A stretch of DNA of 64,000 nt from Spirochaetota bacterium. GTDB lineage: Bacteria > Spirochaetota > UBA4802 > UBA5550. The position numbers and the translations under genes are program-made. The notes beneath the pieces were generated by a model that ran no database searches, was not told where the DNA came from, and worked only from the letters and a program-made list of their open reading frames with translations. The stretch is from positions 384,001 to 448,000 of the forward strand of contig CAXXHB010000003.1 in assembly GCA_963664815.2 (NCBI GenBank), read 5' to 3'. Below are positions 19,515-28,213 of the stretch, one piece after another; positions within the stretch are counted from its first letter, which is position 1, and each line of letters starts with the position of its first letter.

Positions 19515-20308
19515 TGGAATATTCTAAAAATGAAGGGATGGCGATTGCCACAGGGAGAGAATTTAATGATGGTGAGCTTGCAATATTCGGCGTGGGTCTG
19601 AGTATGCTTGCAGGATTTTTCGCACAGAAGAATCATGCTCCGAATCTTATAGCATTCACTGAGGGTGGAGTATACGGGTCTACTCCTGTCGGAGGACTGC
19701 CGTGGGGTATTGAGGATAACCGCATATCCGCGAATGCAACAAGCTTTACAAATGCCATTGATGCTCTTGGTATGCTCGTGGCATCGGGCAGGGTCGACAA
19801 TGCTGTAATAGGGGCTGCACAGATTGATAAATTCGGAAACGTTAATACTACAGGTATATGGGACGAAGGAACACAGCCGTGGAAGGTTGGAAGATATACT
19901 CTTCCAAAAGTAAGACTTAACGGAAGCGGCGGCGCTAACGAAATCGCTGTTGGTGCCAAAAAATATTTAATAATGGCAGCTCATGAGAAAAAAAGATTTG
20001 CCGACAGAGTGGATTATATTTCCTCACCCGGCTACATTGATGGAGGAAATGCACGCCAGAGATACGGTTTTCCTGGTGGCGGCCCTTCAGCTATCATCAC
20101 AAATCTTGGTATACTGAGGCCTGATCCGGTAACAAAGGAATTTTATCTGGATGCGTATTTCAGCCATTCGTCTGTTGAAGAAATAATAGAGAATACAGGC
20201 TGGGTGTTAAAGATATCTCCGAATGTCAAGATGGTTCCTGAACCAACTGAGAAAGAACTTGAGAATCTGAGAGCGGTTGATGCGACAGGATCGCTACGGA
20301 AAAAATAA
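19514..20308 (+). CDS. CoA-transferase subunit B (GctB-like), copy 1, catalytic Glu retained
   Basis: FGVGL, FTEGG (Glu50), GAAQIDKFGNVN, RLNGSGGAN, VDYISSPG, ENTGW. Confidence 0.87.
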   Translation: MEYSKNEGMAIATGREFNDGELAIFGVGLSMLAGFFAQKNHAPNLIAFTEGGVYGSTPVGGLPWGIEDNRISANATSFTNAIDALGMLVASGRVDNAVIGAAQIDKFGNVNTTGIWDEGTQPWKVGRYTLPKVRLNGSGGANEIAVGAKKYLIMAAHEKKRFADRVDYISSPGYIDGGNARQRYGFPGGGPSAIITNLGILRPDPVTKEFYLDAYFSHSSVEEIIENTGWVLKISPNVKMVPEPTEKELENLRAVDATGSLRKK

Positions 20309-20316
20309 TATATTGG

Positions 20317-20360
20317 CAGGCAGCATAATAACCATGTGAAACATGATTATTTTCTGCCTG
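20317..20360 (+). terminator. Stem-loop between the two CoA-transferase pairs (terminator or mRNA stabiliser)
   Basis: CAGGCAG...ATAACCATGT-gaa-ACATGATTAT...CTGCCTG followed by TTT. Confidence 0.45.
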
Positions 20361-20459
20361 TTTAAAATAAGGTAAAGAATTTAATTCAGTATTTATATTC
20401 AGTCACTTGGAACCAGTAGTAGAAAGAGTAAAAATAAATTTAATCAAAGGAGGTTGAAA

Positions 20460-21275
20460 ATGCACGAAAAGTTGATGTCATTATCAAAGGCTGCCGATCT
20501 CATCAGAAATGATATGCTGCTCAGCTTCGGTGGTAATGGGATGCATCGTAATCCTGTTGCTTTTGCATTAGCCCTTACAAAGAGACCTTTAAAAAGTCTC
20601 AGGATGTGCGGGGCTGCACCTGGAATTGCGACTGATATCATGATGCCACAGTCTTGTGAAGCATATTTCGGTTTTTTTGGTCTGGAAAATGAGGCCGGCC
20701 TGGCACCAGGTATGAGAAAAGCGATGGAGGGGGCAAATCCTACAGTCAAGGCATATGAGGGTTCCTGAACGGCGATGATTGCTGCTCTCCGTGCGGGAGC
20801 CTATGGAATACCCTTTATGCCAGTCGGAGGCATGTGGGGAAGCGACTTAGTTGCATTACGCCCAGATTTTTATCAAGTCATGAAAAGCCCGTTTGACGGG
20901 AAAGAAGTAGTATGTGTTAAAGCTCTTGTGCCTGATTATGCCGTAATTCATGTACAGGAAGCGGATATCTACGGGAATGCCCGTATACTCGGCCCGAGTT
21001 ATCAGGATGCGCTTCTTGCAAGAGCAGCAAAAAAAGTAATAATAACAGCAGAGCGAATAGTGGGTACATACCGGATGCAGGAAGAACCTAAGCTTACGGC
21101 AATTCCTCATATGCTGGTTGAAGCTGTTGTTGAAGTACCCGGCGGTGCTAAACCCGGAATTTGTTATCCTGATTATCTCACTGCTGACTGGGATGCTCAT
21201 AAGGCTTATCAGAAAGCTGTGAAGGAAGGTACGGTATCGGACTGGGTGGCTAAACTTTTGGAAGGGAGGTCATAA
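20460..21275 (+). CDS. CoA-transferase subunit A-like protein, copy 2; putative selenoprotein (in-frame UGA at codon 103)
   Basis: ORFs 20454-20768 and 20775-21275 share a frame and are separated only by TGA-ACG-GCG; joined 271-aa product (..AYEGS-U-TAMIAALRAGAYGIPF..) is collinear with copy 1; AAGGAGGT RBS before ATG 20460; SECIS-like hairpin downstream. Confidence 0.8.
20784..20800 (+). promoter_or_regulatory. Putative bacterial SECIS element
   Basis: GCTC(T)CC-GTGC-GGGAGC: 6-bp stem with bulged U and a loop starting GU, loop G 22 nt after the UGA. Confidence 0.7.
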
Positions 21276-21276
21276 A

Positions 21277-22014
21277 ATGGAATATGGAAAACCTGAAATG
21301 ATGGCAGTAGCCCTCATACGTGAAATACAGGAAAATGACGTTGTGTTCCATGGTCTTGCTTCATCTACTCCAATGGTGGCCATGAAAGCGGCCAAGGCAC
21401 TTGGCAAAGATTATACATATGTTACTCTCAGTGACGGTCTGGACCATGACTGGAAAAGACCCCCATATTTCGCATCCACACTTTCTGAAAATACTTATAC
21501 TGGTTCCGTGGCGACTTTCGGACTGGATGAAATATTCGATCTTTATATGTCCGGTAAAGGAGATATAGCTTTCCTTTCATGCCTTCAGATGGATAAAACA
21601 GGAAGGATCGCGATGTCATACGTTGGCGGAGAATATGATCATCCGAAACTCAGGGGGCCGGGAGGAGCAGGCAGCGCCTCGCTTACGCCTATGACTCCCA
21701 GAACAATAATCTGGAAAACTCAGCATGACAAGAGAACTTTTATCGAGCACGTAGATTTTGCAACAACATCACCGGCTGTTGATAAAATGTTCACTCTGGT
21801 TACGCCTCTTTGTATTTTCAGGAAGCCGGTTGGAGAAAAACTTCTTAAACTGGATTGTATTTTCCCGTACACAACACTGGAAGAAGTTAAGGAAAATACC
21901 GGATGGGTAATTGATGAAACAAAAGTACCTGTAATGGATCCCCCTACAGAGGCTGAATTGTCAGCAATCAAGAGAGTGGATCCTAACAATATTCTTGCTT
22001 ACGAGTTTAAATAG
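21277..22014 (+). CDS. CoA-transferase subunit B-like protein, copy 2, lacking the canonical catalytic Glu
   Basis: VFHGLAS, QMDKTGRI, KLRGPGGAGS, HDKRTFIEHVDF, ENTGW; 'TLSDG' where copy 1 has 'TEGG'. Confidence 0.83.
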   Translation: MEYGKPEMMAVALIREIQENDVVFHGLASSTPMVAMKAAKALGKDYTYVTLSDGLDHDWKRPPYFASTLSENTYTGSVATFGLDEIFDLYMSGKGDIAFLSCLQMDKTGRIAMSYVGGEYDHPKLRGPGGAGSASLTPMTPRTIIWKTQHDKRTFIEHVDFATTSPAVDKMFTLVTPLCIFRKPVGEKLLKLDCIFPYTTLEEVKENTGWVIDETKVPVMDPPTEAELSAIKRVDPNNILAYEFK

Positions 22015-22036
22015 TTTAAAAAGTATTGATTTATAA

Positions 22037-22081
22037 TGCCAAACAGGAACAGAGTAGCTGGTGCTTCGTTCCTGTTTGGCA
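22037..22081 (+). terminator. Inverted repeat after the CoA-transferase genes
   Basis: TGCCAAACAGGAAC ... GTTCCTGTTTGGCA, 14-bp stem. Confidence 0.55.
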
Positions 22082-22143
22082 AAAAATATTGCTGTAATTT
22101 ATATTTTATTGTTTAGCAGGATTTAAAATTTTAATGTGGTGGA

Positions 22144-23805
22144 ATGGTGATTTTTATGAGTAAAAAAGTACTTATAGTCGGAGGTGTTGCAGGTGGAGCC
22201 AGCACTGCTGCGAGACTCAGGAGACTTGACGAAAATGCTGAGATTATTATGTTTGAACGTGGTGAATTTATTTCATTTGCCAACTGCGGGCTTCCATATT
22301 ATGTAGGGGGTGCTATTGTAAACAGGAAAAGCCTTTTCGTACAGACTCCTCAGTCAATGAAAAAACGATTTAACCTGGACGTTCGTATACACAGCGAAGT
22401 CGTAAAAATTTTTCCTTCTGAAAAGAAGGTTGAAGTCCGCAGCATTCAGAAAGGGGAGAATTACTTTGAGACCTATGATTACCTTGTACTTTCTCCGGGA
22501 GCGCAGCCCGTTTTACCGGACATAAAAGGACTGAATCTTCCAAATGTATTCAGTGTCCGCAATGTTCCTGACAGTGATGCAATAAAGCAGTTTATCGATG
22601 CTCATAAGCCTGCAACAGCTGTGATAATAGGCGGAGGTTTTATAGGTATGGAAATGGCAGATGTGCTTCATCAGTGCGGAGTAAAGACAACTGTTGTTGA
22701 AGCGGCAGACCGGATTATGAATCTCTGGCTTGACGGGGAAATGGCAACAACAGTACAGCAGTATATAAATAAGAAAGGAATAGAGCTTGTTTTAAATGAT
22801 AAAGTTGCGGTTCTCGAGGGTTCTTCTGGAGTTGAGAGGGCAGTTCTTGAAAGCGGCAGAGAAATTTCTGCGGAGATTGTAATTCTCGGTACAGGAGTAA
22901 AACCTGAGGTATGGCTTGCAGAAGATGCCGGACTTGTCATTGGCTCCACGGGCGGGATACACGTGGATGAATATCTGCGGACCTCAAATGAATTTATTTA
23001 TGCAGTTGGCGATGCCATTGAAGTAAAAAATATGATTACGGATAAATATGAACTGATGTTTCTTGCAGGTCCTGCCAACAGGCAGGGGAGGCTTGCGGCA
23101 GATAATATTGCAGGAAGACCATCTAAATATTCCGGTTCACAGGGAACAGCAATAATAAAAATAATAGATATGACTGTGGCTGTAACCGGTGCGAACGGGA
23201 AAAGTCTCAGTAATTCAGGAATACCTTTTCTCGCGTGTCATATACATCCCGCTTCTCATGCGGCATACTATCCCGGCGGAACGCAGATGTCGATCAAACT
23301 TTTTTTCACCCCTGATGAAGGAAAAATCCTCGGGGCACAGATTGTGGGATTTGACGGAGTTGACAAGCGCATTGATGTTTTTGCAACTGCTGTCAGGGCT
23401 GGAATGACAGTGTTTGATCTCACTGAGCTTGAGCTGGCCTATGCACCCCCATTTTCATCGGCAAAGGATCCAGTGAATATGGCCGGGTATGTGGCCTCAA
23501 ACATATTGCTTAAGGATATTGAAGTGGTTTACTGGAAAGATGTTCCGGCACTTGTTTCAGGAGGTGCATTTCTCCTTGACGTTCGCATGCCGTCAGAAGT
23601 AGAGGCTGGGGCGGTTAATGGTTCGGTTAATATACCTGTTGATGATCTGAGAAACCGCATTGAAGAGATACCTAAAGACAAGGTGATCCTGGTTTACTGC
23701 CAGGTGGGTCTGCGTAGCTATATCTCTAATCGTATATTAAAGCAGAAAGGATTTATTGTAAAGAATATCAGCGGAGGATACAAGTCCTTCCAATCACAAA
23801 AGTAA
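22144..23805 (+). CDS. cdr: CoA-disulfide/persulfide reductase with C-terminal rhodanese domain
   Basis: GGVAGGASTAARLRR, redox Cys SFANCGLPY, GGGFIG, LAYAPPFS, rhodanese YCQVGLRS. Confidence 0.9.
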   Translation: MVIFMSKKVLIVGGVAGGASTAARLRRLDENAEIIMFERGEFISFANCGLPYYVGGAIVNRKSLFVQTPQSMKKRFNLDVRIHSEVVKIFPSEKKVEVRSIQKGENYFETYDYLVLSPGAQPVLPDIKGLNLPNVFSVRNVPDSDAIKQFIDAHKPATAVIIGGGFIGMEMADVLHQCGVKTTVVEAADRIMNLWLDGEMATTVQQYINKKGIELVLNDKVAVLEGSSGVERAVLESGREISAEIVILGTGVKPEVWLAEDAGLVIGSTGGIHVDEYLRTSNEFIYAVGDAIEVKNMITDKYELMFLAGPANRQGRLAADNIAGRPSKYSGSQGTAIIKIIDMTVAVTGANGKSLSNSGIPFLACHIHPASHAAYYPGGTQMSIKLFFTPDEGKILGAQIVGFDGVDKRIDVFATAVRAGMTVFDLTELELAYAPPFSSAKDPVNMAGYVASNILLKDIEVVYWKDVPALVSGGAFLLDVRMPSEVEAGAVNGSVNIPVDDLRNRIEEIPKDKVILVYCQVGLRSYISNRILKQKGFIVKNISGGYKSFQSQK

Positions 23806-23918
23806 ATGTTCTTTATTGATGGTCTGAATTTAAGAAAAGCTAATAAGTTCATATGTAACTGATTTTAGTAACATATGATAATTTTATTTTATGATAAAAC
23901 AACTGGAGAAAAGATTTA

Positions 23919-25433
23919 ATGAAAAAAATTATTATTTCCACGATTTTCCTTTCTTTAATATTGATTTCACTTCCTAATACAATTTATTTGTACGCAAGTA
24001 ATACACAGGCTGCAGTAAAAATTCAGGATAATGTTAATGTTGAAGATAATGTAAAGAATGGAACTGTTGGTACGAGTATTTCTGAACATAGTAATCCTCA
24101 TATCAATGCTAAAAATTTAAGTCTTTTATGGATAATTCCATTTATTGGTATACTCCTGTCAATTGCCCTTTTACCACTTTTTACGCCGGACTTCTGGCAC
24201 CACCATTATGGCAAAGTGTCGATCTTCTGGTGGCTAACATTTTTTGTGGCGTTTTCTGTTAAATTTGGAATAGGTATCGGTTCCTACTACCTTCTGGAAG
24301 TATATCTGATGGAGTTTATTCCATTTATAACTCTGCTCCTTGCCCTTTTTACTGTTGCCGGAGGCATTCAGCTTAAAGGGGAGCTTGCAGGAACGCCAAA
24401 AGTAAACACTGTCATGATCCTTATAGGAGGTATACTTGCAAGTTTTATGGGTACAACCGGAGCAGCAATGGTAATGATACGACCTGTTCTGAAGGCAAAC
24501 GAATGGAGAGCAAACAGAGCGCATATAGTTGTTTTTGTAATTTTCGTTGTTGCCAATGTAGGGGGTGGACTTACCCCTCTCGGTGATCCTCCTCTATTTC
24601 TTGGTTTCCTTAAAGGAGTTGATTTTTTCTGGACAGTGAAGCATATGTTTCCACTTGTTGCTTTTACAATCGGGATACTCCTCGTAATTTTCTTTATAAT
24701 GGATACATATTATTACAGTAAAGAAAAAAATAAACCGGTAAAAGATGCTGCCGGGGAAAAGTTAAAACTCATTGGTATACCCAATATGCTTTTAATTCCA
24801 TTAATAATTGGAGCTGTCATAATATCAAGCATCGACATGGGAACTGCCTTCACTGTTCATTTCGTTGCAGTGCAATTATCATCAATCTTTCAGGTTATGC
24901 TTCTTCTTGTCATAACTATCATTTCGCTCAGGGTATCAAACCCGGATATAAGAGAAGCGAACGGATTCAGCTGGGAGCCGATCAGGGAAGTCTCAAAACT
25001 TTTCGCAACAATTTTCATGACTATGGTTACACCGATTGCTATGCTCAGAGCCGGAGTTGACGGACCTATGGGGATGGTTGTAAGAGGAGTTGCCGATAGC
25101 AGCGGTAATTTTATCAATTCTCATTTTTTCTGGGCGGCAGGTGCCCTTTCAAGCTTTCTTGATAATGCCCCAACATATCTTGTTTTCTTTAATACTGCAG
25201 GGGGCAGCCCTGTTGATCTGATGGGTGTTCATGCCGGAACGCTTATTGCAATAAGTGCCGGTGCAGTTTTCATGGGGGCAAATACATATATCGGCAATGC
25301 CCCTAATTTTATGACAAAATCAATCGCGGAAGAGTCTGGTGTGGCAATGCCGAGTTTTTTCGGGTATATGTTTAAATATTCAATACCGATCCTTATTCCG
25401 GTATTTATTCTGGTAACATATATATTTTTTTAA
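23919..25433 (+). CDS. Ion-transporter superfamily membrane protein (putative Na+/H+ antiporter or carboxylate transporter)
   Basis: FWHHHYGK, GTTGAAM, ANVGGGLTPLGDPPLFLG, SFLDNAPTY, TYIGNAPNF. Confidence 0.85.
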   Translation: MKKIIISTIFLSLILISLPNTIYLYASNTQAAVKIQDNVNVEDNVKNGTVGTSISEHSNPHINAKNLSLLWIIPFIGILLSIALLPLFTPDFWHHHYGKVSIFWWLTFFVAFSVKFGIGIGSYYLLEVYLMEFIPFITLLLALFTVAGGIQLKGELAGTPKVNTVMILIGGILASFMGTTGAAMVMIRPVLKANEWRANRAHIVVFVIFVVANVGGGLTPLGDPPLFLGFLKGVDFFWTVKHMFPLVAFTIGILLVIFFIMDTYYYSKEKNKPVKDAAGEKLKLIGIPNMLLIPLIIGAVIISSIDMGTAFTVHFVAVQLSSIFQVMLLLVITIISLRVSNPDIREANGFSWEPIREVSKLFATIFMTMVTPIAMLRAGVDGPMGMVVRGVADSSGNFINSHFFWAAGALSSFLDNAPTYLVFFNTAGGSPVDLMGVHAGTLIAISAGAVFMGANTYIGNAPNFMTKSIAEESGVAMPSFFGYMFKYSIPILIPVFILVTYIFF

Positions 25434-25616
25434 TATTTGTATTTTTTGTAACTCAAATGTAAGTTTTTTATGTTCTTATTCTTAATAAAATGAATATATA
25501 ACTGTCTTTAGCAATGCCGGTTTTCCGGCAGATCATTGAAACCTGTGATTTAATAAAAAAAAATATTGGCAGGCAGCGATGGTCTGGCCGAAGAATAGGC
25601 ATGGATATAAACAGCA

Positions 25617-25649
25617 AAAAAGAAGGGCTGCCTTTTAGGCAGCCCTTTG
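25617..25649. terminator. Intrinsic terminator between convergent genes
   Basis: AAGGGCTGCC-tttta-GGCAGCCCTT flanked by A/T runs. Confidence 0.7.
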
Positions 25650-25664
25650 TAGATGATATTAATC

Positions 25665-26093
25665 TTAATCCAGCTCGAATCCCATGATAGTACATCCTTT
25701 TTCATCATCATCAAGCCATACGACATGCACAGGGGCATCATAAGGAACTTTTTCAATATTGCTATAGTTTATCAGTCGGCCGAACACACGCGGCCCTTCG
25801 TCCAGGGTGACAGAGCATATGGCGAGGGGCAGGTATTCCTTAATAGCCTTATGGAATGGGAAGCGGCCTTCCACGAAGGAGTAAATTTTGCCATGACCGG
25901 AAACTTCTTTCCAGTCAACATCGGCGCTGCCACAGTGCTGGCAGATAAAACCCCCCGGCCAGTAATACTTGCCGCAGCTCTTGCAGTGGGGCAGTAAAAA
26001 CTTATGCTCATCATGAGCAGTCTTGTAAAACAGTTCGTTGTCAGAGCTGGTTCTGAGGTCAAAAGGCAGATTTACTTTTAATGCATTAGCCAT
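25665..26093 (-). CDS. DUF35 zinc-ribbon/OB-fold protein (thiolase partner)
   Basis: CKSCG..WP...CQHCG, WKEVSGHGKIYSF, VTLDEGPR. Confidence 0.88.
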   Translation of the reverse strand: MANALKVNLPFDLRTSSDNELFYKTAHDEHKFLLPHCKSCGKYYWPGGFICQHCGSADVDWKEVSGHGKIYSFVEGRFPFHKAIKEYLPLAICSVTLDEGPRVFGRLINYSNIEKVPYDAPVHVVWLDDDEKGCTIMGFELD

Positions 26094-26095
26094 TG

Positions 26096-27289
26096 TTATT
26101 CCCCCCTTTCTACAATTATAGTTTCGTTGCTCTGATAATAACCGCCGTTATCAGAGATAAGCATGAATTCAGGAAGCTTTGTGCCCGGTATTACCCCTAA
26201 CTGACGATCTCCGCAGCGCTTAGACATCTGCATCACCGCCTCAGCCATCGGAGTAAGGCCCATATAATAACCTTCAGAGAGCAGACCGCCTCCAGTGTTT
26301 ACTGGGAATGCGCCGCCGGGCCCGATATTTTCCACTGTCATGAAGTCGCGGGATTTATTCTTGTCGAAGAACCCATAGTCACCCAGAGTTGCCTCAACTG
26401 TGTATGTGTAGCAATCGTATATCTGGGCTGCACCTATGTCTTTTGGCTCTAAGCCGGCCATCTGGAAAGCTTCACGTCCGGCTACAGCGGCACTGCTTGC
26501 GGGATCACCCGGTGTAAGCTGCCAGCCTTTGGAGGTGTCATTGGCAGCACCGAAACTGCGGATCTTTACGGGCGGATTCTTAAGGTGTTTAGCCCGTTCT
26601 GTGGTGGTGATGATAACAGCCCGGCCGCCGTCAGTTGATGCCGTGGCATCTAAGGCACGGAATGGCCATGAAAGAAACGGTGTAGCCAGGTAGTCATCCT
26701 TTGTCAAAGGCTTGCTGTACTGAATGGCCTTGGGATTCAGATTAGCCCATTTGCGGTGTGCAATAGCTATATCTCCCCATACATCGGGCCCTGTCCCATG
26801 TTCATGCATGGCACGACTGGCGAAAATTGCATAATTTGTGAAAGCAGAAATATTACCGTAAGCGCCGTACTCATCATAGGGCTTGTTGCTTAACAGGTCA
26901 ATTTCGTCTGTCCATGTACGGCGGCCGGTTCTGCCACTCTCGGCAAATACAATCAGTACATATTTACATGTACCGTTTTCAAGAACACCAATCGCTTTAT
27001 TGATGTTGGTGCGGTAGCAGTAAGCTTCCTGGCTTAAGAATTTCGGGCGTATGCCCAGACTGGAGGTTATTACGTTGGCTGTATGGTGAAAAGCGTCTCC
27101 AGACAAAATTGGAAAATCACGGTAAAGAATCAGACCATCTATATCATCCTTCTTTAATCCCGCATCATTAATGGCGTTCATGGTCGCTTCGAGATAAAAA
27201 CTCGCTGCGGAACGTCCAGAAACTACTCCCTGCGGTGTATAACCGACACCGGCAAAGGCATATTTGTTTCTTAATCCTGTACGATCCAT
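26096..27289 (-). CDS. Thiolase-fold protein, SCP2/Ltp2 (aldolase)-like
   Basis: GVGYT, DAGL..DIDG, A.LNPKA, STDGGRA, AQIYDCYT, VNTGGGLLSEGY, QMSKRCGDRQ; lacks GHP.GA. Confidence 0.82.
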   Translation of the reverse strand: MDRTGLRNKYAFAGVGYTPQGVVSGRSAASFYLEATMNAINDAGLKKDDIDGLILYRDFPILSGDAFHHTANVITSSLGIRPKFLSQEAYCYRTNINKAIGVLENGTCKYVLIVFAESGRTGRRTWTDEIDLLSNKPYDEYGAYGNISAFTNYAIFASRAMHEHGTGPDVWGDIAIAHRKWANLNPKAIQYSKPLTKDDYLATPFLSWPFRALDATASTDGGRAVIITTTERAKHLKNPPVKIRSFGAANDTSKGWQLTPGDPASSAAVAGREAFQMAGLEPKDIGAAQIYDCYTYTVEATLGDYGFFDKNKSRDFMTVENIGPGGAFPVNTGGGLLSEGYYMGLTPMAEAVMQMSKRCGDRQLGVIPGTKLPEFMLISDNGGYYQSNETIIVERGE

Positions 27290-27476
27290 AAATGTGTCCT
27301 CCTTAACTTATTTTGCTATAGATTTTATTGTTTTGAGAGATTCCGCTGTTAACAGAGCAGATGGCAAAAGGAGAAATGCAAATAAAGACAGAAAATATTC
27401 ATTCCATTGGCTATCTACATGTTTCAAGTCAGTACCTTCATGGTGGAATAAAAAATCTTAAACTGATTATATAAAT

Positions 27477-27492
27477 TGCATTATTCGTGCCA
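27477..27492 (-). promoter_or_regulatory. Sigma-54 (-24/-12) promoter of the thiolase/DUF35 operon
   Basis: Minus strand TGGCACGAATAATGCA, exact GG-N10-GC spacing. Confidence 0.85.
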
Positions 27493-27655
27493 GTTTAGTG
27501 AATTTATTGTCGGGGAAAACTTGTGCGGAATTACTCCTGATTAAGAAACTTTAATCGTGAATTGAAGAAAAACCGGCAAAAAGCCGGATGTAATATGTAA
27601 TAGATATTTATCTATAAGATTATGATGACATCATATGACGGTTTTTTGAATGAAA

Positions 27656-27686
27656 TGTCAAAAAACTGACGTCAGTAATATTGACA
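27656..27686. promoter_or_regulatory. UAS boxes upstream of the thiolase operon promoter
   Basis: TGTCAaaaaacTGACG (27656-27671) overlapping CGTCAgtaatatTGACA (27670-27686), about 165 bp from the -24 element. Confidence 0.6.
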
Positions 27687-28165
27687 GTTGTACTGTTGTG
27701 CACTGAATTAAAAAAAGTTGATAAATATATATGAGTTGAATTACTCAGTTCAATATAAACGGGAAAATTATAGGTAAAAATAATTGAGTTAATACTTAGA
27801 GAAATAACATAGTGGATCAAATGAGCAAGAATAAAAGAAAGCAATTAAGATCTGAGAAAAAGTTTAATATCGTCAAACAGCATGTTTGAGTAAAACTTAA
27901 ATATAGATAATTAATTCCACGAATTGAGTTAAGGAATTAGTACTGATTTTATTCTATGATAAAACCAATGGGGAGAATATTAATGTAATGGGATTTTTCA
28001 CCTGTTTTTAACAAAATCAGATTTTTTATTATATTTCTGACAGGAATCTTTGCTGAATCCTTCGTAATCATTACGGGCAGTACTGATAAACCATTCATAG
28101 TTTATCCGTGGGAAGTGTCATTATAAAAACGGCAATTTATGGACTAAATATAATGATACAGAGAT

Positions 28166-28204
28166 CGTTATAACCGCACAACATTAGGCTGTGCGGTTAT
28201 AACG
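28166..28204 (-). terminator. Hairpin at the end of the acyl-CoA catabolic operon
   Basis: CGTTATAACCGCACA-9nt-TGTGCGGTTATAACG, 15-bp perfect stem 9 bp after the thiolase stop. Confidence 0.65.
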
Positions 28205-28213
28205 GCGTAACTG

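Noticed and set aside
20454-21275. Treating 20454-20768 and 20775-21275 as two genes or a pseudogene
   Set aside because: Same frame, collinear with one GctA-like domain, no well-spaced RBS before 20775, SECIS-like hairpin present and neighbours intact; readthrough is more parsimonious, though unproven
20310-25577. 15-bp identity ATATTGGCAGGCAGC at 20310 and 25563
   Set aside because: Short, flanks do not extend, no GG-N10-GC promoter spacing; no function can be supported
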